From Haplodiscus bocki (lineage: Eukaryota): a stretch of 64,000 nt of DNA. Below, piece after piece: positions 1 through 10,818 of the stretch (position 1 is its first letter; the number at the start of each line of letters is the position of its first letter). The translations under genes and the position numbers were made by a program. Below the pieces are notes generated by a model. That model did not search any database and was not told the origin of the DNA. It saw nothing but the letters and a program-made list of their open reading frames with translations. Where the stretch lies: NCBI GenBank assembly GCA_965655095.1, contig OZ296649.1, positions 68,200,001 through 68,264,000 of the forward strand. The letters are read 5' to 3'.

Positions 1-1430
1 GAATATTTTCGAGTGGTTTTGTTCGCGTAACTTATTCTTATTAAACTGAGAGGTTGCGGCTGAATTTTATTCATTCTTAACTATGTCTTAAAGAATTCAC
101 TCTATGTTGTTTGGCACAACTACGAGACGTTCAGTTCACAACCATGCATTAGCCAGTACTGCAGACCTTGCACGTTCTACTTGTTTCCTGACATGGGGAT
201 GCTACGCTGGTACCTTACCGCCTTTAAGTTCACCGCCCGGTATAGAGTGAATGTTTTTCTACAACAAATCCTATCAACTCTGTGCAAACGAGTTGTTTCT
301 TAGTTCTAAATTTTATAATCTCGATTACTGGTGGTTGTGGTTCTGACTTTCTATCTTCTCAAATTTTAGCAAGCTCTGAACAAATTTCATCTTTCTTTAA
401 TGTTCTTTCGAATGCGTGTTTTCAGGTTCTCGTCACATATATAGTTCGTTAGTAGTAAATCTAGGATTACTTCACTACTATTAAATTGAAAAAGTCGTTT
501 TAACTACTTTATGGCTACTAAAAAGGGATTTGCTTAAAACTTGCTATATAAAAAGTGAAAGAACAAATTTGTTAAGTTGGTTGAATATTTTCTTTTGAGT
601 CTCGAATATCATTAAAGCAAATAATTTTTTGCAACGAACTAAGATTATATATTATATTCTTTTGAACTCACGACATGATGCTGATATAGAAGGTTGAGGA
701 TTGAGATTCTTGTGGTGTTATCGTGTGACGAAGTGAGGGCCCTTGCTTTCTTCTGTTGTCGTCGATGAATATGTCGTGTGGCGAAGTGAGGGCCCTTGCC
801 TTCTTCTGTTGTCGTCGATGTTATTGAATACAAAATTTGGATTTGAGAAAGACAGAGTTTGATTTCTTTTTTTATTTCAGATTGATACAAAGACGTCTAA
901 CGCCAACTTTTGTAGTTCTGAAAATTTTACACCAGCAGCTGTAGAATATCGGCGTTGATTTTCTGTCTCTCAAAATGGGTGGCTAAGAGCAGAGTTTTGC
1001 GAGGCTGTCTTATATACTCTGCCCGGCGTGATCAGTTTTCACGCCTGTTGATATTTTGACGATTTTTAGCTTTTTTTGTCGATCTGGTGCAATCGATGGC
1101 GTAAAAAGTTTCTGGAGTTCGTCCTTGGAATGTTCTGGAATCTTGGTTGTCAAAGCGTTTCCAGGACGTTGCTGTGATGTAGCAGCCATCTCCAAGAGAT
1201 TGTTAAAGCACCAGAAATCATCGCCATTTTAATAATAATTCTGCACTTTTTTTAGACTAAGGTGGCGTAATATTTTGTCATGAGACGTGGCGTGATCAGA
1301 AATATGATAAGTGCAATCTAATTTAGGAATAATAGAGGTGAGCACCACAATTTGAATACAAAAAGTAGTTCAAGAATGTTCGTGTTTAAAAATGTTCTTG
1401 TTTTTTTCTTTTGACAAATTCTGGTTGTCA
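1..1430 (-). repeat. 3' LTR of the Gypsy element (truncated by window start)
   Basis: Matches 11290-12718 at offset ~11289; starts TGACAACC on the minus strand, just after the PPT. Confidence 0.95.
721..826. repeat. 53-bp tandem duplication inside the LTR (also at 12010-12115)
   Basis: tcgtgtgacgaagtgagggcccttgctttcttctgttgtcgtcgatg... repeated twice with few mismatches. Confidence 0.9.
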
Positions 1431-1704
1431 TAATGCTTTCCTTCTCGAAGTTTGTGTCCCACAAACTAAACTGAGACATCGTTGATGGGTTCAAGAAGAT
1501 GGACTGATTGACCATGCGAGGAGCGCTGATGGATAGTTGTGAAAGGGCCCGTAAAAAACTGCGATATGTGGAATGGTTTGTCCTTTTTAGGATCACTGGG
1601 CCACGGGGAGGCGTGATTTTGAGTATGGGGTATTGACTGTCATCAAGGAGTTGAACCATATCATCTACGCCAACGTTGTGAGTTCGACCATCACAAGTTG
1701 TCAT
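1318..1704 (-). CDS. Possible accessory ORF (128 aa) between env and the 3' LTR, running across the PPT into the LTR; unknown product
   Basis: Open ATG-initiated frame in sense orientation; frame open to ~1776 with an AG acceptor-like site near 1802; no recognisable motif. Confidence 0.3.
   Translation of the reverse strand: MTTCDGRTHNVGVDDMVQLLDDSQYPILKITPPRGPVILKRTNHSTYRSFLRALSQLSISAPRMVNQSIFLNPSTMSQFSLWDTNFEKESIMTTRICQKKKTRTFLNTNILELLFVFKLWCSPLLFLN
1436..1446 (-). promoter_or_regulatory. Polypurine tract GAGAAGGAAAG
   Basis: All-purine run on the minus strand 5 nt upstream of the 3' LTR start. Confidence 0.75.
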
Positions 1705-2694
1705 TGATGCAGACGGTAGGCTAAAATATTCACGGGGAGATGCGGAAACCGTCTCGCAATTAGGAAGCTGCTGAGCTTACAAAAGGGGTTCGCTGATGAA
1801 CTGAATTAAAAGATTCAAGTAATAATGTGAACAGTTAGGTTAGTAAAAATCTTTTGAAGGGGTAGAAGAGCCGGTTACTATAATTTGAAGTTTATTAAGT
1901 ATCATTGTCTCAATTGTTTTTTCATGGTTGGGGTGTCTACGTTGAAAAGTAAAAAATTATAATGTTGAGGCGGAGGTTGGGCAAGCAAGGGCATGCGGGG
2001 GTCGCAACAAAGTAAATCTAGGTCTTTCATGAACAAAAAATGGTCGTGGTGAAGCACATCAGGGGGAATTGGAATGAGTGGGGTAATATGGTGTTCGGAA
2101 ACAGGGGTTACAAATAGGGGGTGAATCAGGGCCGTTTAGACATTGGTGGTCAAAACAATGAATAACGGCTGGGGAAGAAGACAAGTGGAACACAAAGTTA
2201 TAGAGGATTTCGGGCAAAAGCGACAGGTTGACGGCAAAATGGACAGCATGTGGCTCGGTGTGTAGAAGGTGACAAGTGTGTCAACGTCTTGGAGGCAAGT
2301 GAGACATTGTTGAAGGCTGAAATGGACTAAATGGCGGATTAGAGGGAGGGTACGCTAGTGCCGCACAGAGGTTCCGAAGAGGCGTTTACTTTTTTTGAGA
2401 ATTACCTTTTTTACGTGGTAACTTTTGTACATTTAAACACTATGATACATTACTTGCAAAGGATACTTAGGCTGATGTGGTTTGTGGGGTATCGACGTGA
2501 GAAACCGGAGCTGGAGTAAAGGTGGTCAGAACCAATTGAGATGTAGTACGGATGGTTCTGGTTCATGCGGTGACGTCCGGGTACAGTTTTTCTTCATCTT
2601 CGGCGGAGTAAGCAAACGGTGCATTAGCTTCAGTCTTTAGTAAGGCTTCTTTAGCAAGAGCACGAAGCGCGGTGAATTCTTGTCGAGTTAAAAT

Positions 2695-4845
2695 TTAAAA
2701 AGAAGAGTCTGAGTCTGGTTTAATGTCGTTCGTGACATGAACAACTTGGCCAGATTTATTCTTGAAGAAACGACGTGGGGCACAGCAAAGTGCACGTGCC
2801 TGTCTGTGAAAGAGTGGAAAGTTAAGTATAAACAAAAATAAAGAAAGTACGATTGATCCGCCTGCGATTAAGAATGAAGTTTTCGCCGGTACAAAATTGT
2901 CAAGTGCTGCTTCGGTGGCAGGATTGAGAGACGTATAGTGTGCAACAATTGGTTCAGTCAGTTGTTGTAAAGTCTCTGGGTCCATTCGTCTAACGTCTGG
3001 ATTTTCAGTCAGTTTAACTGTAAGCTCTCTAGAATTGATTTCCGGGCTGCACCGATGGAGTAACTTGGAAAATTGAGTTTGTCAAACGGGACGTACTGAA
3101 AGACTTGGTTCAAAGGGGGTGCCAGTTTGATTGTTGCAATGTATGGTTCCGGAGTCGTTTGACATGCATCCATATCGTTTGACAGAAAAAGATCGCCTTG
3201 ATTAATGTAAAGAGTACTTTCACAACTTGGTCGAAGGACGCATGCCTGACAATCGATTGTGGACAAACTGAGTCCATTTGATCAGCTATCGTTCTTAACG
3301 TCGATTGTAGGGTGGCGAGAGATGAGGTGGTAGACGCCATTTGCCAAGTAGATTCCCTGTGGGGCTTCTGGAAGAAGAACAGAGGTAACGGGGCAATTAC
3401 GGAGTGCTGGAATGTCTTGATTAAAATACAACGACGTGAGACAGAGAAGCGTTTAATCAGTAGTAGTCGAAAAGCCTTTGAGGCACAGTTTGATTCGATT
3501 ACTGCCCGTGCATTGTTGTAGCGTAGACGCAGCTAACTCTGCAAAATTGGTATTGTCTGTTGCAGTCGCGACGTAGGGTTTCGGAAATTGGTAAACTGAT
3601 GCCGTTTTGCCGTCATCGTTGGGTTTGTATAGAGGTTCGGCTTGGAAAATATTGTGGGTCGCAGATTTGGAGGTCATTGGAATGCCAAGAACAAAAGAAA
3701 TGCCTTTAGGCAACAGCGTGACTTCTAATACGATTTGCAATTCGTAATAGATAGCTTCGAATCCCGATGGTATAGCAGGCGTCAGTTTGCTACCTTTCCG
3801 AAATTCTTCAGCAGCGAGTTCTTGCACTATTTTGGCGAGCTGTGTTGGAAGCAGGAATTGTGGTGTGATGTGTCCCGTAGCGAGAGATGAGATTATTGAG
3901 AAGAAATTGTTTCTATATGCGTAAAATACTAAACGAAATGCTTTAAAGTGTGTGTACAATGTACCAATTTGTGACAAATACAATTATGAGGACTGAAGAA
4001 AGTGGCGGTAAGCACTTTCGAATTGATAACCTCGAAACGCATCTTCAAGAGTGTATATACGCTCGATCATATTTGAAATACGTAGGTAGGTGTCGTTTTT
4101 AATTCGTTCAACACTTTCCTGGGTCAGACGAATTTCGTCTCGAGGTAAAGCAAATTTTTCGTTGTTCTTCTCTTGGACCATCTGAAATGCCTGTTGTTGT
4201 GTTTTTTGTTGTTTGGTCACTTGAGCGAGTTCTCGTTCTATTTCTTCAATAGAATCACAAAGATTAAAAATGGAGAGTGCATTACTTGCTACATTTTTAA
4301 TTGGTTCTCCCAGGGTGAATGCTGTGCCAGCCGCTAGTGTTGCAACAACATCAATGAGCCGACGTGTTCTGTTGTGAGGTTCTTCCTCAACAGTTGAGCG
4401 TCTTTGTCGAGAGGTTCCCAGAGATGCTGTTGGTGGGAAGAAAGATTCTGCAATGGCACTCAGAGTGTTGAGTTCGGATTGTGCTTCGTGAATTTCAGTC
4501 TTAAGATGATTGTACAAGTTTTCCATTTGTTGTAGGACCGGTATGTGGGATTCATTGAACGTATTGTTATTACAACCTGACTGTGTGACTCGGTGTTGCA
4601 TGTGTGAGAGCTTCTCATTGCTTTCGAGAACGATAACACGCACGCTGTCAATATTAACGTCTGGGAGCGTCGGGAAAGGAGAGAATAGTCGGACTTGGCT
4701 CTCACTTTCGTAAGTCACAACTTGGTATTTAAAGATGAAAGCAGCTCCCCGTTTGAATTCCGGTAGCTGTTGTTTGTTCTCAATCGAATACTGTATGGTG
4801 TTCGCAATGCAAAGCGTTGTCCAGATGTATAGTAGCGTTGTGATC
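2695..4845 (-). pseudogene. env: env: class I (F-type) fusion glycoprotein, disrupted; cytoplasmic tail may extend to ~2467
   Basis: Signal-like ITTLLYIWTTLCIA, furin sites RQRR and RTRR, fusion peptide LIDVVATLAAGTAFTLG, heptad repeat, GHITPQFLLPTQL motif, Cys-rich region, TM FLIAGGSIVLSLFLFILNF; stops at 3984, 3453, ~3280 and a frameshift near 3010. Confidence 0.85.
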
Positions 4846-6836
4846 CTGAAAGGAGATCTTCGTTATTTCTGATAATGCGTTTTTCGTTCGCTCGTAGGAG
4901 TTTTATGAAATTTTGTTCCCGACTGTTTTTGTATTTTTCGCTCTGGAGAGTTATAACTTGTAACTATATCAGGAAGATATGTCGTAAAAAGTGGTTGTGC
5001 TTTTCTTTGGGAGGACGTATTAGGTCGTAATTGCATGGAAGACGTGTTTGCTGGAGGCGTTCTTCGAAGATTTCTAGCTGCGGCATCCACAATTGCTGTG
5101 ACGTTGTCGCCTGGTGATTATCTTTCGTGGAGAAAAACATTCTCAGGTATGAGAGGTTGTATGTTAATTTGAGGAGTAGTCGGTGATTGTATGGCAACGT
5201 CATTTCTTGTGTGTGGACTAGGTTGTTCTAATGTCGGTGATCGCGAGAACACAGGAGGCGATCTCGTTACTTCACGTTTCACCGGGTTGGGCGGAGTTTT
5301 TGGTGTAATTCTACTTGCTGTGACGGATGCGGCTGTTCGTCCTACGGCAGGTATTGGTGTGAAAATACTAGAAGGTGCAGGTAGGAAAGTTAAACAATCA
5401 TCGTGATTAAGTGTTCCATCTATGTGTTTGCGTGCGTCTGCTATGTCTTGAGTTGACTGAAAACTTCTTGGTTTATTTCTCGTAGGTACATTGGACGTTG
5501 GCGGGGGTTCGAAAAATGGTTGTAGTCTATCGTAATGCACAATTTGTTGTTTTGATGCATTTTCTTCTTTAACTCTTAATGCGAAATCGTTCAAACATTT
5601 TTCGATCACATACGGTTCTTTCCAAGGGCTTGCGAACTTAAAAGTTGTGCCAACAGGAATAGCTGGATGATAGAGTAAAACTTTTTGTCCTTCTTTATAT
5701 GTCGGGCCGTGGACCTTTTTATTATAGATAGCATTTCGGCGTTTTTGTTTTTCAATCAAGTTGTGTCGAACTAGCTCAAATGCCCGTTGAAATGCTTGCC
5801 GTTTATTGTGTACAAATTCATGAATATCAGTCGTTGTATTTTCTTGTGGGTTAGGATACATGCAATCTAAAGGTAAACTCAATTCTTGTCCGAAAACTAA
5901 GAATTGCGTTGTGTATCCTGTTGATTCATGTACAGAAGATCGATACGCCATCATAACGTACGGCATTTGTTGTGAACAGTTACTTTGTTCTTCGTTTATA
6001 CATTTTGCTAACATGTTTTGTAAAGTTTTATTCATTCTTTCCATCACTGCATTTGACTGAGGATGAAAAGGTGTTGTTCTAGTTTTATCTATTTCAAGAA
6101 GTTGCATTATTTGTTCAAAAAGTTTTGATTCGAAGTTTTGGCCTTGATCGCTGTGCAGGCTATGTGGGCAACCAAATCGACTGATCCAATGATCAACTAA
6201 GGCGTTGGCAGTTGTGACGGCCGTTTGATCTGGTAATGGTATTGCTTCATACCATTTTGTGAAATGGTCGCCAATTACTAAGATGTGTTTGTTTCCATTT
6301 GATAACGGCAAAGGTCCCATGAAATCAATTCCAATGTGATGAAAAGGATAACTGGCTTGCCATTCTACTTGTGCGTGATGATAATTCTTGGGCGGTCCCG
6401 AACGTTTTTGACATTCGGGGCACCGACTGACAAACAATTTTGTGTCTTCCTGCAGTCCTGGCCAGTAAAATCTTTGTTTTATTTTCTCTGAGGTTTTAGC
6501 AACTCCTAAATGTCCGGCTGTTGGTGATGAAAGACACGCTGATAGGATTTCTTGCGTCATTGATGGTGGTACTGTATGTTGTAATAGCACTTGGTTATCT
6601 GCGGTTTCGAATTTTCTGCACAAAATTCCATCGAGGAGTTGTAAACTTTTCAGTTGGTTGTTGAGTTGCCACGCGAGCCGAGGAAGTCCTTGCAGTTCTT
6701 CTGATATGAGCACTTTTCCTTTTTCGATCCATTGAATAAGTTTGGACAATGCTTCATCTTGACGTTGTGCTTGGCCTAGTGCAGAGTGCACTGGCGTTTC
6801 ATCTTGTTTCTGTGATTGTTCATCTTTATTTTGATC

Positions 6837-7225
6837 ATAGACTGTGATAGTTAAGTTTGACTGTGCGCAAATTTCTTTGATAAGGTGTTCTACTTTGTGC
6901 CATTGTAACCGATCATGTCCACAACCGGTTTTTGGCATACTGTGAGTGGTTTTGTGTTTGTTAGCATTATCATGGCTTCTAGTGATTTTCGCAAACTATC
7001 GTAGGTTGGTTTTTGTAAGAAACGTTTCTTCGTAACTAAGTGGTAGATGAAGCGATCATCTAGTTGTTGAACAAAAAGTGGAAAATTAGTGCTCTCTGGA
7101 AGGTTTTACGGAAACTTGCGTTTGAAACTTCGGGCAATTCCCGCAGACATTTTAAAATCTGATGATACGCAGTGGGCTAAGGAATCTTTTGAGTCGAAAA
7201 GATTGCCAGCTTTATGAATGAGTTC
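6837..7225 (-). pseudogene. TARG1/OARD1 (Poa1p-like) macrodomain embedded in pol between RNase H and integrase
   Basis: Manual translation: ELIHKAGNLFDSKDSLAHCVSSDFKMSAGIARSFKRKFP*...[30 protein letters not shown]/fs/[35 protein letters not shown]. It follows the TARG1 motifs GDLF, DSLAHC, MGAGIA, YYLITKK, KPTY..L.KSLEAM, SMPRIGCGLDRLQW and ITVY in order. Confidence 0.9.
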
Positions 7226-9480
7226 AGAAAATTTCGTTTTTTTTGGGTTTATTTAGTTTTTCTTTGCTTTGAGGAGTAGTCACGTGATCAACAATTGGTA
7301 TTCGTGAAAGTCCGTCGGCATGACCATGGCTTTTGCCGGGTCTGTCTTGCACCTCATAGTCAATTGCTGCTAACTTTTCGAGCCATCGTGCTGTTAATCT
7401 ATCTGGATCTTTAGAGTTATGTAACCACTGCAGTGCACGAAGATCAGTGACAATTTTGAATTTTCTTCCAAGAAGGTAATGTTTAAAGTGTCGATTGAAG
7501 GTTACAATTGCTAAAAGTTCTCGTTTCGTTGCAGAATAGTTTGTTTGAGATTTTGAAAATGCCTTTGATGCATAGCAAATAGCTCGCTCTTTTCCGTCTT
7601 GCCTTTGGGCTAATACTGCTACCATTGCTGTTAAACTTGCGTCAGTATACAAAATAAATGGTTCTTTTACGTCCCGGAAGGCTAGGATTGGTGTGGATGA
7701 CAAATGTTTCTTCAAACTCTCAAATGCTTCTTGCGTTTCTTTTGTCCAAGTAAACGAGCTCTTAGTTTCACTAGCTTTGTGCAATGGTTGTGCTATCATA
7801 GCAAAGTTTTTAACATACTGTCGATAATATGAACAAAGTCCTAAGAACGACTTGACATCTGTTTGGTTTTGTGGTACCGGAAAGTTTTGAACTGCTTCAA
7901 CTTTTTCGGGATCGGCCTTCAATCCGTTTTTGCTGATTACGTGTCCTAAGAACTGAAATTTTGTTTGGAAAAAGGCACATTTTGTCGGATTGATTTTTAA
8001 ATTCGCCTCGCGAAATCTTTGAAATACTTGTTGCAGTCTTTTATTGTGTTCTGCTGGTGTTTTTGAAAAGACGATGCAGTCATCTAAGTAAGGTACGGTA
8101 ATGTTCCACGTGAGTCCAACAAGCACGTGTTCCATTAAACTTTGAAATGTTTTCGGACTACCCGTCAATCCCATTGGCATGCGTAGCCCTTTAAATGATC
8201 CGAAAGGAGTACTAAACGCTGTATCGTTTTGGCTTTTAGGTTCCATTGGCAACTGATAAAATCCCCATGACATATCTATTGTTGTGAAGTAAGCACTTCC
8301 GTGAAGTGTATCAAAAATTTCTTCAATTCACGGTATCGGCCAACAAGACTTGATTGTTTGTTCATTTAGTTTTCTGTAGTCTATTACTAATCGTAGTTTT
8401 CCGTTCTTTTTCGGAACTAGCATTGCTGGTGCACTATAAGGACTATGACATGGTTTGATCAATTCTTTTGACCTGAAGGCATCTATTTCCTCTTTTAAAT
8501 CATCTTTGTAATGCACTAGCATTCTTCTATTCGGTAGTCTTATTGGTTGTGAGCCTGGCTTCACATCTCTTCTATGACTAGTTGCATCACATTTTCCGAG
8601 GTCCCATTGATTGATTGAAAAAATATCACTATAGTCATCTAATAAATTTCTAAAATCTGCCCTGCAGTTATTGTTTATTTCTTTACTAATTGCTTTCTTT
8701 ACTTTCTCCAAGTCGTACTTGGGATCCTCTTCATTATAATTTTTCATTTGTTTCTGATTTATTTCTTGTATCAGACGATCTGATACCAGTTGTGACGATC
8801 CCAATGTTGTATCTTTGTAAATTGTTAAAACTTCATCAATTGTATTTGCTACTGTGATAGGAACTATTCCTTTTTCAAAACTAAACAATGCATCATGTGC
8901 TATCTGATTTTCATTATCTATAAAACGCTCGTGCGGTTCAAACAAAGCGACTCTCGCTACTGGTGGCGCTTTCCAACCAGGAATTGTGCCAGGCACAATC
9001 ATAACATGTTGTGGTGGAATTGAGACTTTCTCTAATGCCGCTACTCTATAAACTTGCTCTTCGTCGAACGAAAACTTTTTTTTGTAAAGAGGGACCAATG
9101 TTTTTCTATGGATTTGCAATTTGCTTTCGGAAAATAGTGCATCACATTTATTTGTTTCAAGAAAATCAAGTCCCAGTAAACAATCGGATGCTGCTTCTAT
9201 TAAGACGTAAAATGTAAGCTCGTACGTTTTGGAAATTATTTTGATTGGTACGGATACTGTGCCTTTAATTTGAATGGGCATCTGATTTGCGCTGCTGAGT
9301 CTTGTTGTACTTGGTTGTATTTTGACTTGATGATTTTCGTTGATTTGGTTGAAAAGTTTTTCGTTGAGACATGACACGCTCGCTCCACTATCGCAAACGG
9401 CTTCTACCTGTTTGTTCAAAATTGAAATCTGTACTTACAAACTTCGATGATCCACAACGGAAATGGGAAACTGAGTGAGT

Positions 9481-9539
9481 GGGCCTTCATTAGTGTCGTC
9501 TACGTGTTGACCCTGGGACGTAGACTGGTCTAGCTTAAA
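9481..9539 (-). promoter_or_regulatory. Putative -1 ribosomal frameshift signal (degenerate slippery site plus stem/pseudoknot) at the gag-pol junction
   Basis: T TTA AGC TAG (one change from UUUAAAC), then perfect 8-bp stem GTCTACGT/ACGTAGAC whose loop GGGTC can pair with downstream GGCCC; pol is in the -1 frame relative to gag. Confidence 0.7.
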
Positions 9540-10818
9540 GTATTTTGTTGCTGAGAGGTATTTGCGTTGCGGTCTTGATTGAAATTTCGTGAATTTTGGT
9601 TAACATTCGAATTTTGTTGCCTATTGTTTTGATTTTGTTGCAGTGCTCTACATTCACGAGACATGTGTCGCAGTCTTCCGCAATTAAAACATGCTGGACA
9701 ATCCCCGGACTGGTGATTTCTTCTGTTACAATGCCTACATGGTTGTTGGTTTGTGTTATTTCTGTTTTGTTGCTGGTTTGATGTATTGCGATTGTTATTA
9801 TATCTGTTGTTTTGTTGATTGCCACTGTTATTGTATCTGTTGTTCTGATTGTTGTTGTATCTATTGTTGTCGTTGTTTCAATTTCTGTAGTTTTGGTTTT
9901 GGTTTGTCTTTGCACTTTGTCTGTTTGGTCCGGGACTATTAAAACGAACGAAACGACCGTCGGTACTACCTGTACGTGAATTCGCAGAGTTTTGATTTGT
10001 TTGTGGTAATGCTTTTTGAATTTTCTGTCGGATTGTTTGTATTAATGTTCCCATCATATCATCTTGTGAGGTGGATGCTGTTGCCATCAATGGTTGAGGT
10101 GGAGTGGCCAAAACCATGTTACTATGGCGTGAGATCCACTTCTGAGACTGGGATCCATTTCCATGAAAGCATGCAATTCGACCGCGAGGGCCAGAGCAGC
10201 ATCCGGACTGGTTGGTTTACTTTTTTGAAGTTCCCATCTGAGTTTTGCATCGTGAAATCCTTCGATAAAACTAGTGAGAACCATTTGTTCTTCGATGAGG
10301 GGTTGTCCCCTATAAACTCTCCTAGCAATTGTTCGAACATCACAAAGAAACGCGGCGATGGTCTGGTTTGGTTGCTGCCGAGCAGCTTTCAGCTTTGCTT
10401 TAAGAACTTCAACATTTGTTGTGTACGTGGTGCGAAAAGCTGCTACTAACTGGTCAAAATTCTGTTGTTGTGCTACTGTGAGTGTTGTGTAGAAATGCAG
10501 AGCATTTCCTTTGAGTCCTTATGCAAAATAGTTCGGTCGGTTATAAGTGGTGGCTGTTTGCCATCCTGAAAGTGTTGCTGATGTTGTGAATTGTTGCAAA
10601 TAATCTTCGAAATCTCCTTCGCCGGTGAAAGCTTCTGGCATTAAACACGACGGGAGGGCCGAAAAAACTGCGCCGGCGGCGGCCGTTGACGTGCATGGTG
10701 CGGCCGGTGAGAGAGGAGTGAGAAAAACTGAAACGCCGCTACCTGATCCTGATCCGGGTCCAGCGCCACCACCGCTTCGTGGTGATCCGCTTCGTGATCC
10801 GGGGGCTGACGAAGACAT
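9530..10818 (-). pseudogene. gag: gag (capsid, N/Q-rich linker, two CCHC zinc knuckles), disrupted
   Basis: ATG at 10818; PEAFTGEGDFEDYLQQF...W and *GLKGNALHFY capsid-like motifs; CRHCNRRNHQSGDC-PA-CFNCGRLRHMSREC at 9650-9739; terminal TAG at 9530-9532; internal stop at 10519 plus frameshifts. Confidence 0.88.

Larger units (their letters stand above)
4863..9539 (-). pseudogene. pol: pol polyprotein: aspartic protease, RT, RNase H, macrodomain, integrase; disrupted
   Basis: PR VCDSGAS; RT LRLVIDYRKLN, MPMGL, YLDD; RH YTDAS, RELLAI, ADGLSR; IN GHLG..CPECQ, GIDFMGP, HSDQG, ERMN and a WKEPY (GPY/F-like) motif. Broken by stops (about 9435, 8328, 7107, 5118) and frameshifts (about 7240, 6960). 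Confidence 0.95.

Noticed and set aside
645-1195. Duplicated 81-aa and 61-aa ORFs (also 11934-12484) as genes
   Set aside because: They are duplicated only because they lie in the LTRs; no motifs, and one spans a tandem duplication.
9535-9942. Thr-rich and Cys-rich ORFs of the track
   Set aside because: Off-frame and antisense readings of the Asn/Gln-rich gag tract.
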